From NCBI GenBank assembly GCA_043747615.1, contig JAYTOU010000008.1, forward strand, positions 1 through 59,559: a stretch of DNA of 59,559 nt, in the 5' to 3' direction. The translations under genes and the position numbers were made by a program. A model generated the notes under the pieces. That model saw nothing but the letters and a program-made list of their open reading frames with translations. It was not told the origin of the DNA and ran no database searches. Below are positions 48,955-58,624 of this stretch, in pieces; the first letter of the stretch is position 1, and every line of letters starts with the position of its first letter. The DNA comes from Myxococcales bacterium. Its GTDB lineage: Bacteria > Myxococcota_A > Polyangia > Polyangiales > Polyangiaceae.

Positions 48955-50583
48955 ATGACGACGCGTCCATCGAGCCCTTTGCGAAACTTCGCGCCTGCGT
49001 CACCGGGCTTGGTGATCGTGATCGTTGGCGCGGTGCTCGTCTTCTGGGTGTTCGACGCGCTTCCCTTCATGGATCTTCCCGCGCATGCCGGGCTGATGGC
49101 CATCCGGCACCGCTTCGCGCAGTCGCCGTTCGAGCAGCATTTTTATGTCTTCGCTCCCCACCTCGGGCCCTACTCGGTGTTCGCTGGTGTCGGCGAGCTG
49201 CTCACCGGCCTCATCGGCCCGCTTCGCGCGGTGCGAGCGATGGCGACGTTACCGATCGTGGCGCTCCCCGCGGCCATTCTTTTTGCGCGCTGGCGGCTTC
49301 ACGGAGAGCGCTTCCCACTCTTCGGTCACATCGGCGTGATCCTCTCGTTCGGGCTCATGACGCTCCTCGGTTTCGCGAGCTTCACCTTCGGTATCGCCTG
49401 GATGATCGTGGGGCTCACGCTGTGGCTCGAGCTCATGATCGAGGCCGATCGCGGCGCTCCCCTCCTTCGTCGAAAGACCTTCGTCTTGGCGGCGTTCGCG
49501 CCTCTCGTTTTTTTCGCGCATGGCTACGCGCTCGTCCTCTTCCTGGCGATGGCCGGCATCAGCACGCTCGCCGCCGGAAGCTGGAAGAAGCGCCTTCCCC
49601 ACGTCCTCGCCCTAGGGCCCGCGCTCGGGGTCGCCGCCTACAGCGCTTCGCTCGATCACGGACTGCCGGCGGGCTCGGTGCCGACGCGCAGCTCGCCAGT
49701 GACTCTGAATTTTCAGGGCGTCCTCGACAAGCTCAGCCTGCTCCTCACGCCGACCCTGACCACGCGAAGCGGAATCGACGTGCTCATCGGGCTCGTTCTC
49801 TGGGCGCTTCTCGGTTTCGCAATCGTCGCCACCGTCCGGGTCTTTCTCCTCGGTCCCAAGGGCGAGCCCCCCAAGTGCGATCCGCCGGTGATCGACGCGG
49901 AGGCTGCGAGGGCCCATATCCGCGCGCTCGTGGCTTGCGCTGTCGTACTCGGTATCGCCTTCCTCGCGCTGCCACACGAGATTGGATGGTTTGGGTTCGT
50001 CGATGGGCGGCTCGTCCCGATCGTTCTGCTCTTGTTCGTCATGGCTATTCGCCGGGAAGCGCTCGGGCCGCGGTTGCGGGTGGCGTTCGATCGCCTCCCA
50101 CCGCTTCTCTCCGCGTCCACCGTAGTTCTCGCCTGGACGGCTTCGTACTGGTTTCAGGCCGAGGCCCGCGGCTACCGCGAAGTGCTCGCTGCCGTGCCGG
50201 CGTACACCCGCCTCCTCAACTTTCCCATCGAGCCCGACAGCGCGATCTTCACCGGTCACCCATTCGTCCACTACGACAAGCTCGTCGTGGTCGAGCGTCC
50301 GGTCTTCGTCAGCGACGTCTGGTACCACCAAGGCTCGTCGCTCTTTCCTCGCGCGGGAAATCCGGCGCTCGCACTCCCGCCGACCTACAAATCGAGCACC
50401 GTGCGCTCGATCGGCTGGACGGACTATCGCCTCGAGGATTGGGACTACGTGCTCATTCGAGTGAAGCCCGACGCACCTGCGCCGAGCACGCCGCCCGCGT
50501 TGTCGGCGGTGATCCATTCGGGGGGCTGGTGGCTTTACAAGAGCGACGTCGCCACGCCGGCGTTCGCTGCGGGAGCTCGCTAA
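48955..50583 (+). CDS. Polytopic membrane protein, probable GT-C fold glycosyltransferase
   Basis: PFMDLPAH after TM1, LGFASF, FFAH, about 12 TM helices and a soluble C-terminal domain. Confidence 0.6.
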   Translation: MTTRPSSPLRNFAPASPGLVIVIVGAVLVFWVFDALPFMDLPAHAGLMAIRHRFAQSPFEQHFYVFAPHLGPYSVFAGVGELLTGLIGPLRAVRAMATLPIVALPAAILFARWRLHGERFPLFGHIGVILSFGLMTLLGFASFTFGIAWMIVGLTLWLELMIEADRGAPLLRRKTFVLAAFAPLVFFAHGYALVLFLAMAGISTLAAGSWKKRLPHVLALGPALGVAAYSASLDHGLPAGSVPTRSSPVTLNFQGVLDKLSLLLTPTLTTRSGIDVLIGLVLWALLGFAIVATVRVFLLGPKGEPPKCDPPVIDAEAARAHIRALVACAVVLGIAFLALPHEIGWFGFVDGRLVPIVLLLFVMAIRREALGPRLRVAFDRLPPLLSASTVVLAWTASYWFQAEARGYREVLAAVPAYTRLLNFPIEPDSAIFTGHPFVHYDKLVVVERPVFVSDVWYHQGSSLFPRAGNPALALPPTYKSSTVRSIGWTDYRLEDWDYVLIRVKPDAPAPSTPPALSAVIHSGGWWLYKSDVATPAFAAGAR

Positions 50584-51458
50584 GGGTGCGCGATCAGATG
50601 GGCGGCGATCGCGCGCGCGACCTCGCCGGGTGCTTCGAGTTGCGGCACGTGCCCCACGCCGGGAAGTACGAGGAGCGTCGAATTTTTTAGGTGATGAGCA
50701 AGTGCGCGCGCGGTCGACAGATCGATCACCCGGTCCTTCTCACCGTGAATCACGAGGGTCGGCGCCTTTACGTCCGCGAGCGCCGCCGACATTTCTCTTT
50801 CGTCTTGGGCGAGCCATCCCGCAAACATCTCGCTCAGATGGACTTTTCGCGCGCTCTGGTCGGCGGCGAGGTACGCGGCGATCGAGCGCGGAATCCACGG
50901 CTTTTTGTGGGTGACGAACGTGATCATCGCCATGTACTCGGCGAGCGTGCCTGGAATGAGCGGGTTCTCACCGCGATCGAGCGCCTCCTGGAGGTGGCTC
51001 TTGTCGGCGGTAGGCCCGACGGATCCGAGGAGCACGACTGCGCGGGTGTGCTCCGGAAAATCATGAGCGAAGCGGAGCGCTATGCCTCCCCCCATGGAGC
51101 TGCCGATCAGCGTCGCACGGCGTACGCAGAGCTGATCGAGGACCCCTTTCACCGCGCGCGCCTGGTGCACGGCGGTCGCGTGCTCGGGACCAATCCGCGA
51201 TGCTGCGCCGAAGCCCGGAAGATCGAGAGCGATGATCGAGCGCCCGCGGAGCTTTGCAATGAGGGTGAGCCATCCCTCCTTGTTCGCGCCGAAGCCATGA
51301 ACGAGGACGAGGGGAGCGCCGTTGCTATCCCGGATCCACAGCGGGATGCGCACGCCACCGACCGTGACCTCTGTCTCGCGCAGACCGAGCAGGCGCTTGC
51401 CCATCGAGGTCAGCGTTCGGTACTGCGCGCGGCCCACGGCTATGCGAAGGGTGCTCAT
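50580..51458 (-). CDS. Alpha/beta hydrolase (lipase/esterase)
   Basis: VHGFG, DLPGFG, GSSMGG, GEKD, GVGHVP. Confidence 0.93.
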   Translation of the reverse strand: MSTLRIAVGRAQYRTLTSMGKRLLGLRETEVTVGGVRIPLWIRDSNGAPLVLVHGFGANKEGWLTLIAKLRGRSIIALDLPGFGAASRIGPEHATAVHQARAVKGVLDQLCVRRATLIGSSMGGGIALRFAHDFPEHTRAVVLLGSVGPTADKSHLQEALDRGENPLIPGTLAEYMAMITFVTHKKPWIPRSIAAYLAADQSARKVHLSEMFAGWLAQDEREMSAALADVKAPTLVIHGEKDRVIDLSTARALAHHLKNSTLLVLPGVGHVPQLEAPGEVARAIAAHLIAHP

Positions 51459-51505
51459 TGTCGAATCACGTTATCGTAAGGCGGAACCCGAAAGGAACGC
51501 AGCAC

Positions 51506-52126
51506 ATGAGCCTCGTTTTCTACTACTCCCCGTTCACGTCCGCCACGACCACACACTGGGCCCTCGAAGAGCTAGGAGTGCCCTACGAGAAGATCAAAGT
51601 CGACTTCAAGCTGGACACGAAACAGCCAGATTTTCTGAAGATGAACCCGAACGGCAAGGTTCCTCTACTCGTTCACGACGGAGTGCCGATCTTCGAGTCG
51701 GTGGCAATCATCGCTCACCTCGGAGAGACCTTCGGCGTGGACAAGAGCTTGTTTCCCGCTCCCGGTCCGAAGCGCGGTCAAGCGCTGTCGTGGCTCGTCT
51801 GGGGGAACGTGTCGCTCGGTGAGGCGCTCTCTCGCCACCAGCACAACACGTCCGAGCGAATTCCGAAGGAGCAGCACAACGCCAAAGCAGCCGAGGTCGC
51901 CACCGCCGACGTCGAGAAGCACCTCGACATCCTCGATGGCGCGCTGAAGGGGAAGAAATTCATTCTCGGCGATGCGTTCAGCGTCGTCGACGTGCACCTC
52001 GCTGGCTACACGTCGTACCTAGGCATGTGCGGCTTCGACCTGAAAAAGTGGCCAACGATCGACGCCTGGGCAAAGACCTGCACCGCGCGCCCGGCGTGTG
52101 TGAAGGTCTGGCGCCCAGACGCCTGA
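51506..52126 (+). CDS. Glutathione S-transferase family protein
   Basis: AAAGGA RBS; NPNGKVP, FESVAI, FSVVD. Confidence 0.93.
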   Translation: MSLVFYYSPFTSATTTHWALEELGVPYEKIKVDFKLDTKQPDFLKMNPNGKVPLLVHDGVPIFESVAIIAHLGETFGVDKSLFPAPGPKRGQALSWLVWGNVSLGEALSRHQHNTSERIPKEQHNAKAAEVATADVEKHLDILDGALKGKKFILGDAFSVVDVHLAGYTSYLGMCGFDLKKWPTIDAWAKTCTARPACVKVWRPDA

Positions 52127-52148
52127 ATCGACTCCCTCGGGTTGAACG

Positions 52149-53870
52149 CTATTTTGGTGCCTCGACGAGATGGAATTCGACGCGGCGATTGCTCCTGCGT
52201 CCGTCTTCCGTCTCGTTCGAGTCGAGCGGCCGATCAGGCCCGAAGCCTTCGCTGGTGAGCCGCGCTGGCGCGACCCCGTGACCAACGAGCCACGCGACGA
52301 CCGAAGCCGCACGCGCGCTGCTCAGCTTCTTGTTCATGGCCGGCGCACCGCGGTTGTCGGTGTGACCTTCGATGCGGACCCCGACGATCTCGGGATGTCC
52401 CTTGATGACCTCGAGCACCGCCATGAGCACGTCCTGACTTTCCTTTCCCGGTAGGATCTGCGCGCTCCCCGTCTTGAACTTCACCTGATCAAGGATCTTG
52501 ATCTGGCCGTTCTGGACGAAGGCAGCCGGGCAGCCGTTCTTCTTCGGATCGGGATCCGATTTGCCGGGCTCGTCGGGACACGCGTCCTGAACGTTCGGGA
52601 TCCCGTCCTTGTCGCGATCCAGATCTTCTGGGCAGCCGTTGGTCTTAGGATCGTTAGTCTTCACGCCGGGAACGTCGGGGCAGGCGTCGCCGCCGTCGAG
52701 GATGCCGTCGTGATCGCGATCGGCGGGACAACCGTTGGTCTTGGGATCGTTAGTCTTCACGCCGGGAACGTCGGGGCACGCGTCGTCCTTGTCGAGGATG
52801 CCGTCGTCGTCGCGGTCGGGGGGGCAGCCGTTGGTGTTGATGTCGTTCGTCTTCACGCCGGGCACGTCGGGGCACGCATCGTCCTTGTCGAGGATGCCGT
52901 CGTGATCGCGATCCGCGCCTGGAGGCGGCGGCTCAGGAGCGCGAGCGGGAGCAATGCCGGGGACCCACTCAATCGACAGGAGTCCGCGATCGACCGGAGC
53001 GCCGAAGCCTGGAGCCAAGCCCGCCGAGATGCCGCCGCCAACGCGCCAGTCTGTGCCTATCGTGTAGTGCGCACCGAGGAGGCCTTCGAGCGGAGTGCCT
53101 CGCTTCGAAAAAAAACCGTTGCCCGTGATCACGGTGTGGCCGAAGACCTCGGGGCCGATCACCAGCTTTTTCTCGAGCAAGCGGAGCCCCGCCGACGCGC
53201 CGAAGAGAACGTCGCTCCCGACCTGACCGCCGGCGAAAGACTGATCGTAACCGCGGATGGTGACGCCGAGCTTCGCCGCGTAGACGAACACTCCAACGTC
53301 ACCGGCGATGGTCGCACGCGGTGCGGCGCGGACCATTCCGTCTCCCGAGTACGAGGCAGGATCACCGGTCGGAATCGCGAGCTGCGCACCGATGGCGCCC
53401 GTGATGACGTCACCGTATTTTCCGAAGAGACGCACATCCAGACCAAAGCGTACGTCCCCGATGCCGGCGGAATGGGCTGGAGCGCGGTAGACGATCTTTC
53501 CTGCCGACAACGGCGTGTCGCGCCCTTCAGCGAAGACCATGATGGGAACGTCGACGCTCGCGCGCACGCGCTCCCAGAGCACGATCCCCGCGCCAGCGTG
53601 CACGAAGATCTGGTTACGAACGATCGAGTCGCGCACCTTGCCGCTGGAATCGGTCAGCACGAGCGGCCGGTACGCCCAGTCCCCCACGACGCCGATCGCG
53701 GGGCGCAAGTGGCCCCGCAAATCGAGCGACTCCATGACGAACCACTCGCTACCGCGCTCGGAGGCCTCGAAGTGGTTGACCGCGAATCCAGTTTGTTGGG
53801 CGGATGCGGAGCGAGAAGCGAAGAGAGAAACGGCACACGTTGCAACCAAGCCACCGAGAAATTTGCGCAT
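52149..53870 (-). CDS. TraB-like outer membrane protein: beta-barrel, TSP3 repeats and OmpA C-terminal domain
   Basis: Signal ..ASA; barrel-like region; DRDxDGIxDxxDACP repeats; IEGHTD..NKKLS..RA..GFG..NRRVEF; TGATG coupling to the upstream gene. Confidence 0.9.
   Translation of the reverse strand: MRKFLGGLVATCAVSLFASRSASAQQTGFAVNHFEASERGSEWFVMESLDLRGHLRPAIGVVGDWAYRPLVLTDSSGKVRDSIVRNQIFVHAGAGIVLWERVRASVDVPIMVFAEGRDTPLSAGKIVYRAPAHSAGIGDVRFGLDVRLFGKYGDVITGAIGAQLAIPTGDPASYSGDGMVRAAPRATIAGDVGVFVYAAKLGVTIRGYDQSFAGGQVGSDVLFGASAGLRLLEKKLVIGPEVFGHTVITGNGFFSKRGTPLEGLLGAHYTIGTDWRVGGGISAGLAPGFGAPVDRGLLSIEWVPGIAPARAPEPPPPGADRDHDGILDKDDACPDVPGVKTNDINTNGCPPDRDDDGILDKDDACPDVPGVKTNDPKTNGCPADRDHDGILDGGDACPDVPGVKTNDPKTNGCPEDLDRDKDGIPNVQDACPDEPGKSDPDPKKNGCPAAFVQNGQIKILDQVKFKTGSAQILPGKESQDVLMAVLEVIKGHPEIVGVRIEGHTDNRGAPAMNKKLSSARAASVVAWLVGHGVAPARLTSEGFGPDRPLDSNETEDGRRSNRRVEFHLVEAPK
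52527..52913 (-). repeat. Four tandem ~96-bp thrombospondin type 3 coding repeats
   Basis: DRDHDGILDKDDACPDVPGVKTNDINTNGCP and three variants. Confidence 0.9.
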
Positions 53871-56800
53871 CAACCGTTCCTTGTCGCCCTTGTAACGAGC
53901 GTGCTTCCTTCAACTGCGCGACGGCGACGACGCCATCCAAGTGCTGCGGCGAAGAAGACTCCTCCGAAGGCGAGCCCGTTCGAGCCGCCGTTACCTGGAG
54001 CCGTGGTGCAGTTGCAGCCGCCGCCCTGAATGCCGAGGGTGTCGGCGTTGCCGCCGGGCGCTTCGGTCACCCCGCAGAGGCCGCCGGTGCATTTGGCGGA
54101 GCGGCACACGTCGGCGCTACCGCAGACCTCGCCGTCCTGCTTGCCGCATTTGCCGTCTGGATCGCAGACGGCGGAGGCGCACTGGGTCGGCCGATCGCAC
54201 GACGTTCCATTTGCGACACGGGGAACGCAGGATCCCGCGCTGCACCATTTGTCCGAGGTGCAATCGGAGTCGCTCGTGCACGTGCTGCTCGTGGTGCAGG
54301 TATGCGTCGACACGTCACAGAGCGGAGTCGCGCCGGTGCACGCGGTGCCGTTGGTGGATGTGCACGAAACGCACTGGTTCGTTGCGGTGTTGCACGCAGG
54401 TGCCGCACCGGAGCACGTCGCGTCGGTCGCGCAAGGCTCGCACTTTCCGCTGTTCGCGCCGAGCGTGATGCAATCGCCCGAGCGGCATTCCGAGGTCTTC
54501 GTGCACGTGCCGTCTCCCGAGGCGAAGCCGCATTTGTTGTCCGCCGTATCGCAGACCCCGCTCGCGCAAACGATGGCGGCGACCGCCGACGTGCAGGTGC
54601 CCGTGATCGGTGGCGCGTGCCCTGCGACCGTGGGGATGGGAGCTCCGTTGGGGAGCTTCGGCGCGCAGGTGCCGGCGCTGCACCAGTTTCCCCCGGAGCA
54701 ATCGGCGTCGACGGTGCACGCGCCCGCCGCCTGGCAGACGCCAATCGAGCTGCACGAGCCGGAACGACAGACCGCGGTGGCAGTGCCGAGCGTGCAAGGT
54801 CCATCGCCGTTCTTGTAGCCGCACTTGAGATCGGCATCGCAGACGCCGGAGCGGCACTTCACTCCGCCGTTGGCGACGGTGCACGGTCCGTCGCTGTTGC
54901 TCAAGCCGCATTTGCCGTCGGCGTCGCACACGCCGCTCACGCAGACGAGCAATGCCGCGGGGCCTGTGCATGTGCCGTCGAGCGTGGGGCTCGCGTGCGG
55001 CGCATCGGTTGGAAGCGCAGCGCCGTTGCCGAGCTTCGCCGTACAGGTGTGCGCGGTCTCGTTGCACCACGTTCCGACACAATCCTGGTCGACGTTGCAG
55101 CCACCCGCCGCCTCACAAAGACCATTCGCGCTGCAGGCGCCGGAGCGGCACACCGAGGCGGTCGCGACCGTGCACGGCCCGTCGCCGTCCTTGTACCCGC
55201 ACTTGAGATCCGGGTCGCACACGCCTGTGCGGCACACCACCGCGGTCGCGACAGTGCACGGGCCGTCACCGTTCTTGTAGCCGCACTTGAGATCGGGGTC
55301 GCACACGCCGGAGCGGCAGACCGTGGGAGTGGCAACGGCGCAAGGGCCGACCGCATTGAGGAAGCCGCACTTGTTGTCAGTGTCACAGACGCTACTCGCG
55401 CAGACCAACGGCGCGGTCAGTAAATCCGTGCACGTGCCGTCGAGCGTGGGGAGCGTGTGGGGTGGATCGTTCGGGGCGGCGGCGCCATTGGCGAGCTTTG
55501 CCGTGCACACGTGGGTGGTCTCGTTGCACCACTTTCCGCCCGTGCAATCGTTGTCGACGTTGCAGCCGCCCGAGGGCTCGCAGAGACCGTTCGTGCTGCA
55601 CGCGAGCGAGCGACATCGTGACGCCGTTGCCGCGGTGCACGGTCCGTCGCCGTCCTTGTAGCCGCATTTGAGGTCGGAATCGCACACGCCCGAGCGACAA
55701 ACCGTCACCCCGCCGTTGGCGCCGGCGGCCACGGTGCAGGGCCCCGTGCTGTTGGTGAGACCGCACTTGTCGTCGGTCGTATCGCAGACGCCGCTGGTGC
55801 ATACGAGGCTGCCGACGGTCGCAGTGCACGTGCCCTTGAGCGTGGGCGCCGTGTGAGATGCATCGGTCGGAATGGCGACGCCCATCCCGAGCGTCGGCGT
55901 GCAGAAGGCCGGAGCGGTCTCCTTGCACCAATTGCCTGCCAGACATTGGTTGTCGGCTGCGCAGCCGATGGTGGTGATAACCTTCGGGCCGAGGAGCGGA
56001 CTGATGCCCGTTCCGTAGATCGCATAGTTGCCCGCGACGATCGTCCCCGCAGCCATCGCAGCGATGTGAACGGTGATCGTGAACGTTCCCCCGGCGCCCG
56101 CGGCGAGCGCGCCGACGGTGCAGGTTGTCAGACCACCGAGACCGGCCGTGGGCGTGACGCACGTGAGGGCAGGCGCGCTCACCGAGACGAAGGTCGTGTT
56201 CGGCGGCGTGTTGAAATCGATCTTTACACCGGCTGCGGCGGCCGCTGCGCCGTTCGCGTAGTTGAGCGTGTAGGTGATGTCCGTGCCCGCCGGCGCTCCG
56301 GAGGGCCCAGTGCCGCTCACGAAGAGCCCGGGCACCGTCGCGCCTGCCGCGCCATCGAGGTAAACCTGGCCGAAGTGCCCACCGAGCGAGCAGCCCGATC
56401 CGATGACCTCGAGCTTCACTTGATCGCCGAGAGCGAGCTTGCCGCTACCCGGGAAAACGTCGACGAGCTGCCAGTCGGTGTACCAGAAACCGTTCGCCTG
56501 CTTCCACGGCACGCCGGGCTGCGCGCTCGCGTTGTAGTCCGAGTAGAGGATGCTTCCGCGCGTGAGGTTCGTTAGCTGCACGAAATAGTAGGGCTGCTCC
56601 GACACGAGGTGGAGCGGATTTTCGAGGACCGGAGCAATGACGAAGCGCACGTGCACTTGCCCGTCGGTCGGGTCCACGTCGCCCGCGGCGATGGTCATCG
56701 TCTGCGCAAGCCCGTTGACGTTCTGCGTCTTCCCGAGCTGGTTCACGATCGCGCACTGGTTTCCGTACTTCGGCCAACGAAGCGATGCGCCTGCGCCGAG

Positions 56801-57130
56801 CGAGGGGTCGGTCTGAGACTCCGGACCGCCCGCCGATACGAGGGTCACGGTCAAAGGATTGCCACCCGACATGAGGTTGAGCCCGGCGCGCGTCTGCTGC
56901 GGCGTGGTCGCGGTGACGCCGGGATTGAGGTACGTCGACAACGTCCACGACGGCGGGGCAACTCCTGCGGCGCCCGTCTCCAGGTCTCCGTTTACCCAGA
57001 CGGCGCTCGACGCCTGACCGGTGGTCTCGCTCGCGACGGGCGGGGCAATATCGCACGCAGCAAACGCGACCATACCGAGCGCAGCTACGAGAGCGTGTTG
57101 GACAAAAGAAGATCGGATAAGCATCCGCAT
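53870..57130 (-). CDS. TraA-like surface protein: N-terminal beta-rich domain, DUF11, Cys-rich repeats, MYXO-CTERM
   Basis: Lipobox-like AFAAC; DUF11 GTDITYTL..PNTTFVS..GALAAG; repeated GVCDxDxKCGxxxGDGPCT; GGGCNC..TM..WRRRRR; start 57130 or 57124. Confidence 0.85.
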   Translation of the reverse strand: MRMLIRSSFVQHALVAALGMVAFAACDIAPPVASETTGQASSAVWVNGDLETGAAGVAPPSWTLSTYLNPGVTATTPQQTRAGLNLMSGGNPLTVTLVSAGGPESQTDPSLGAGASLRWPKYGNQCAIVNQLGKTQNVNGLAQTMTIAAGDVDPTDGQVHVRFVIAPVLENPLHLVSEQPYYFVQLTNLTRGSILYSDYNASAQPGVPWKQANGFWYTDWQLVDVFPGSGKLALGDQVKLEVIGSGCSLGGHFGQVYLDGAAGATVPGLFVSGTGPSGAPAGTDITYTLNYANGAAAAAAGVKIDFNTPPNTTFVSVSAPALTCVTPTAGLGGLTTCTVGALAAGAGGTFTITVHIAAMAAGTIVAGNYAIYGTGISPLLGPKVITTIGCAADNQCLAGNWCKETAPAFCTPTLGMGVAIPTDASHTAPTLKGTCTATVGSLVCTSGVCDTTDDKCGLTNSTGPCTVAAGANGGVTVCRSGVCDSDLKCGYKDGDGPCTAATASRCRSLACSTNGLCEPSGGCNVDNDCTGGKWCNETTHVCTAKLANGAAAPNDPPHTLPTLDGTCTDLLTAPLVCASSVCDTDNKCGFLNAVGPCAVATPTVCRSGVCDPDLKCGYKNGDGPCTVATAVVCRTGVCDPDLKCGYKDGDGPCTVATASVCRSGACSANGLCEAAGGCNVDQDCVGTWCNETAHTCTAKLGNGAALPTDAPHASPTLDGTCTGPAALLVCVSGVCDADGKCGLSNSDGPCTVANGGVKCRSGVCDADLKCGYKNGDGPCTLGTATAVCRSGSCSSIGVCQAAGACTVDADCSGGNWCSAGTCAPKLPNGAPIPTVAGHAPPITGTCTSAVAAIVCASGVCDTADNKCGFASGDGTCTKTSECRSGDCITLGANSGKCEPCATDATCSGAAPACNTATNQCVSCTSTNGTACTGATPLCDVSTHTCTTSSTCTSDSDCTSDKWCSAGSCVPRVANGTSCDRPTQCASAVCDPDGKCGKQDGEVCGSADVCRSAKCTGGLCGVTEAPGGNADTLGIQGGGCNCTTAPGNGGSNGLAFGGVFFAAALGWRRRRRAVEGSTLVTRATRNG

Positions 57131-57355
57131 GAGGATAGCGTGCTTTGCGTATGTTTATAGGAGGTGCCTTCGCCTACCCGTACTCACACGCGTCTAACTA
57201 CCTTGGCGGCGGAGCGACGCCCGCATCACGAGCTTTCGTTTTTGGAGGTAATCCCGCCGACCGCGGAGTGGGGGCGAATACGGCAAGCCTGCCTGCGCTC
57301 ACCGTCACGATGGCGTCCGACGCGAAGAGGGCGACGCTGCTCCCTCCGCCGCCGA

Positions 57356-58075
57356 CTATCGAGGCTCGCGTGCCGCGGACGCGGCCTCGACGCGATCGTA
57401 GGACTCGTCGCGATCGCGACGAATGTCGTCCATCCGTCTGGACATCTCTGACACTCCGAGCCGTAGCGCCGTGACGAGATTGGTCTTCGCAATGCGCTCA
57501 CGAAGGGACGAGGTTGCCGCGGTCGGCGTCCTCTTGGCGAACATGTCGTGGGACTGCATGTCGATGAACTGCGTTCCTTGCGGAGCGGGACCGCGCACGT
57601 GGTCGAGAACCGAGCCACGAATCAGCTGGATGGTTGGGTCCGGCGTGCGCCTCAGGAACGGAATGAGGCGCTCGGCCTGGCTCACGTCGGGCGCCGCCTC
57701 GGGGTGAAACGCCGCTGAAACGAAGGGGATCTGACCTACCTCGTGGGTCGCGGCATCTGCCGTTCGGACCCGCGTGGCGAACGCCTCGAAGTCGAGACGC
57801 CCGAGAGCGAGCACCGGGTAGATCAAGAACGCGACCTCGACGTCCGCCAACGCCGAGAGCTCTGCCATCACCGCGACGGAGGGCTCCACGCACGACGCAT
57901 CCGTGTCGAAAAGCACGAACTGGCGGACGTGACCGTCTAGTCGCGATTTCTGGGCCCATGGGCAGAGCCCACACGCCTCCACGATCTCTACCTGGTAGCG
58001 CTCATGGAGCCTCGTGGCCTCGCGGGACCAGGCGGTGATTTCTGCCGCGTTCACTGCCGTCCTCTTTACCAACAT
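57356..58075 (-). CDS. DUF1415-like protein
   Basis: GLCPWA, AFHP, RRTPDPTIQLIR, RIAKTN. Confidence 0.7.
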   Translation of the reverse strand: MLVKRTAVNAAEITAWSREATRLHERYQVEIVEACGLCPWAQKSRLDGHVRQFVLFDTDASCVEPSVAVMAELSALADVEVAFLIYPVLALGRLDFEAFATRVRTADAATHEVGQIPFVSAAFHPEAAPDVSQAERLIPFLRRTPDPTIQLIRGSVLDHVRGPAPQGTQFIDMQSHDMFAKRTPTAATSSLRERIAKTNLVTALRLGVSEMSRRMDDIRRDRDESYDRVEAASAAREPR

Positions 58076-58145
58076 CCGGCTCCGCGCGCTCCAAATCGTT
58101 CCGCGGTCGCACGACGATCACCTGACGATCCGATAGCGTGGGGTC

Positions 58146-58346
58146 GTGATTGGTCATGCGCGCTCCGCACGGGTTCTGGACCGCACGCTGGTGCGCATTC
58201 CGTCGCTCGACGGCCTACACGCGATCTCCATCACTCTGGCCGTGGCCTCCTACCGCCTCATCGCGAAACCGGTGATCACTATGCGAAGCCACATCGACGA
58301 GCTACGAATGAGGGCCGACGAGCCTACGATCCCACCTCCCGAATGA
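58146..58346 (+). pseudogene. Internally deleted acyltransferase-3 (OafA-like) remnant
   Basis: RIPSLDGLHAISIT (family N-terminal motif) joined directly to LAVASYRLIAKP (C-terminal motif) in 66 aa. Confidence 0.65.
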
Positions 58347-58624
58347 CACTCCCGACATCCATCGTTGCCCGCACGGCCCACCAGGTTCTTTGCTTCGCGT
58401 CGGTAGAGGCTGCCCTCGAATTTTCGAAGGGCTACGACCCTTACAAGCGCGCTGCGTGGGGCCGAGGCCTCACGACCGAAGCGTCGCACGCCTGCCTTAC
58501 GATCGCGTTCGGCTCGCTGGGTCTCGAGAGCATCGTCGCGCGCGCCGACTCGGCAAACGCCGCGTCGATCCGGGTCATGCAGAAGGTGGGCATGCGCCAC
58601 GAGGGTGCCGGAGCACCAAAATGA
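58343..58624 (+). pseudogene. Internally deleted RimJ/RimL-type GNAT acetyltransferase remnant
   Basis: 93 aa keeping WGRGLTTEA..NAASIRVMQKVGM but missing most of the N-terminal half; ATGA overlaps at both ends. Confidence 0.65.

Noticed and set aside
52527..55960. Tandem DNA repeats as a possible CRISPR array
   Set aside because: They are in-frame coding repeats (TSP3, Cys-rich) with no unique spacers, and no cas genes are present
52149..57130. Assigning gene symbols traA/traB
   Set aside because: The architecture matches but the N-terminal domain differs; orthology cannot be shown by eye
57205..57353. 10-bp inverted repeat GGCGGCGGAG/CTCCGCCGCC as a possible MITE
   Set aside because: Short and GC-rich, no evident target duplication or second copy; plausible by chance
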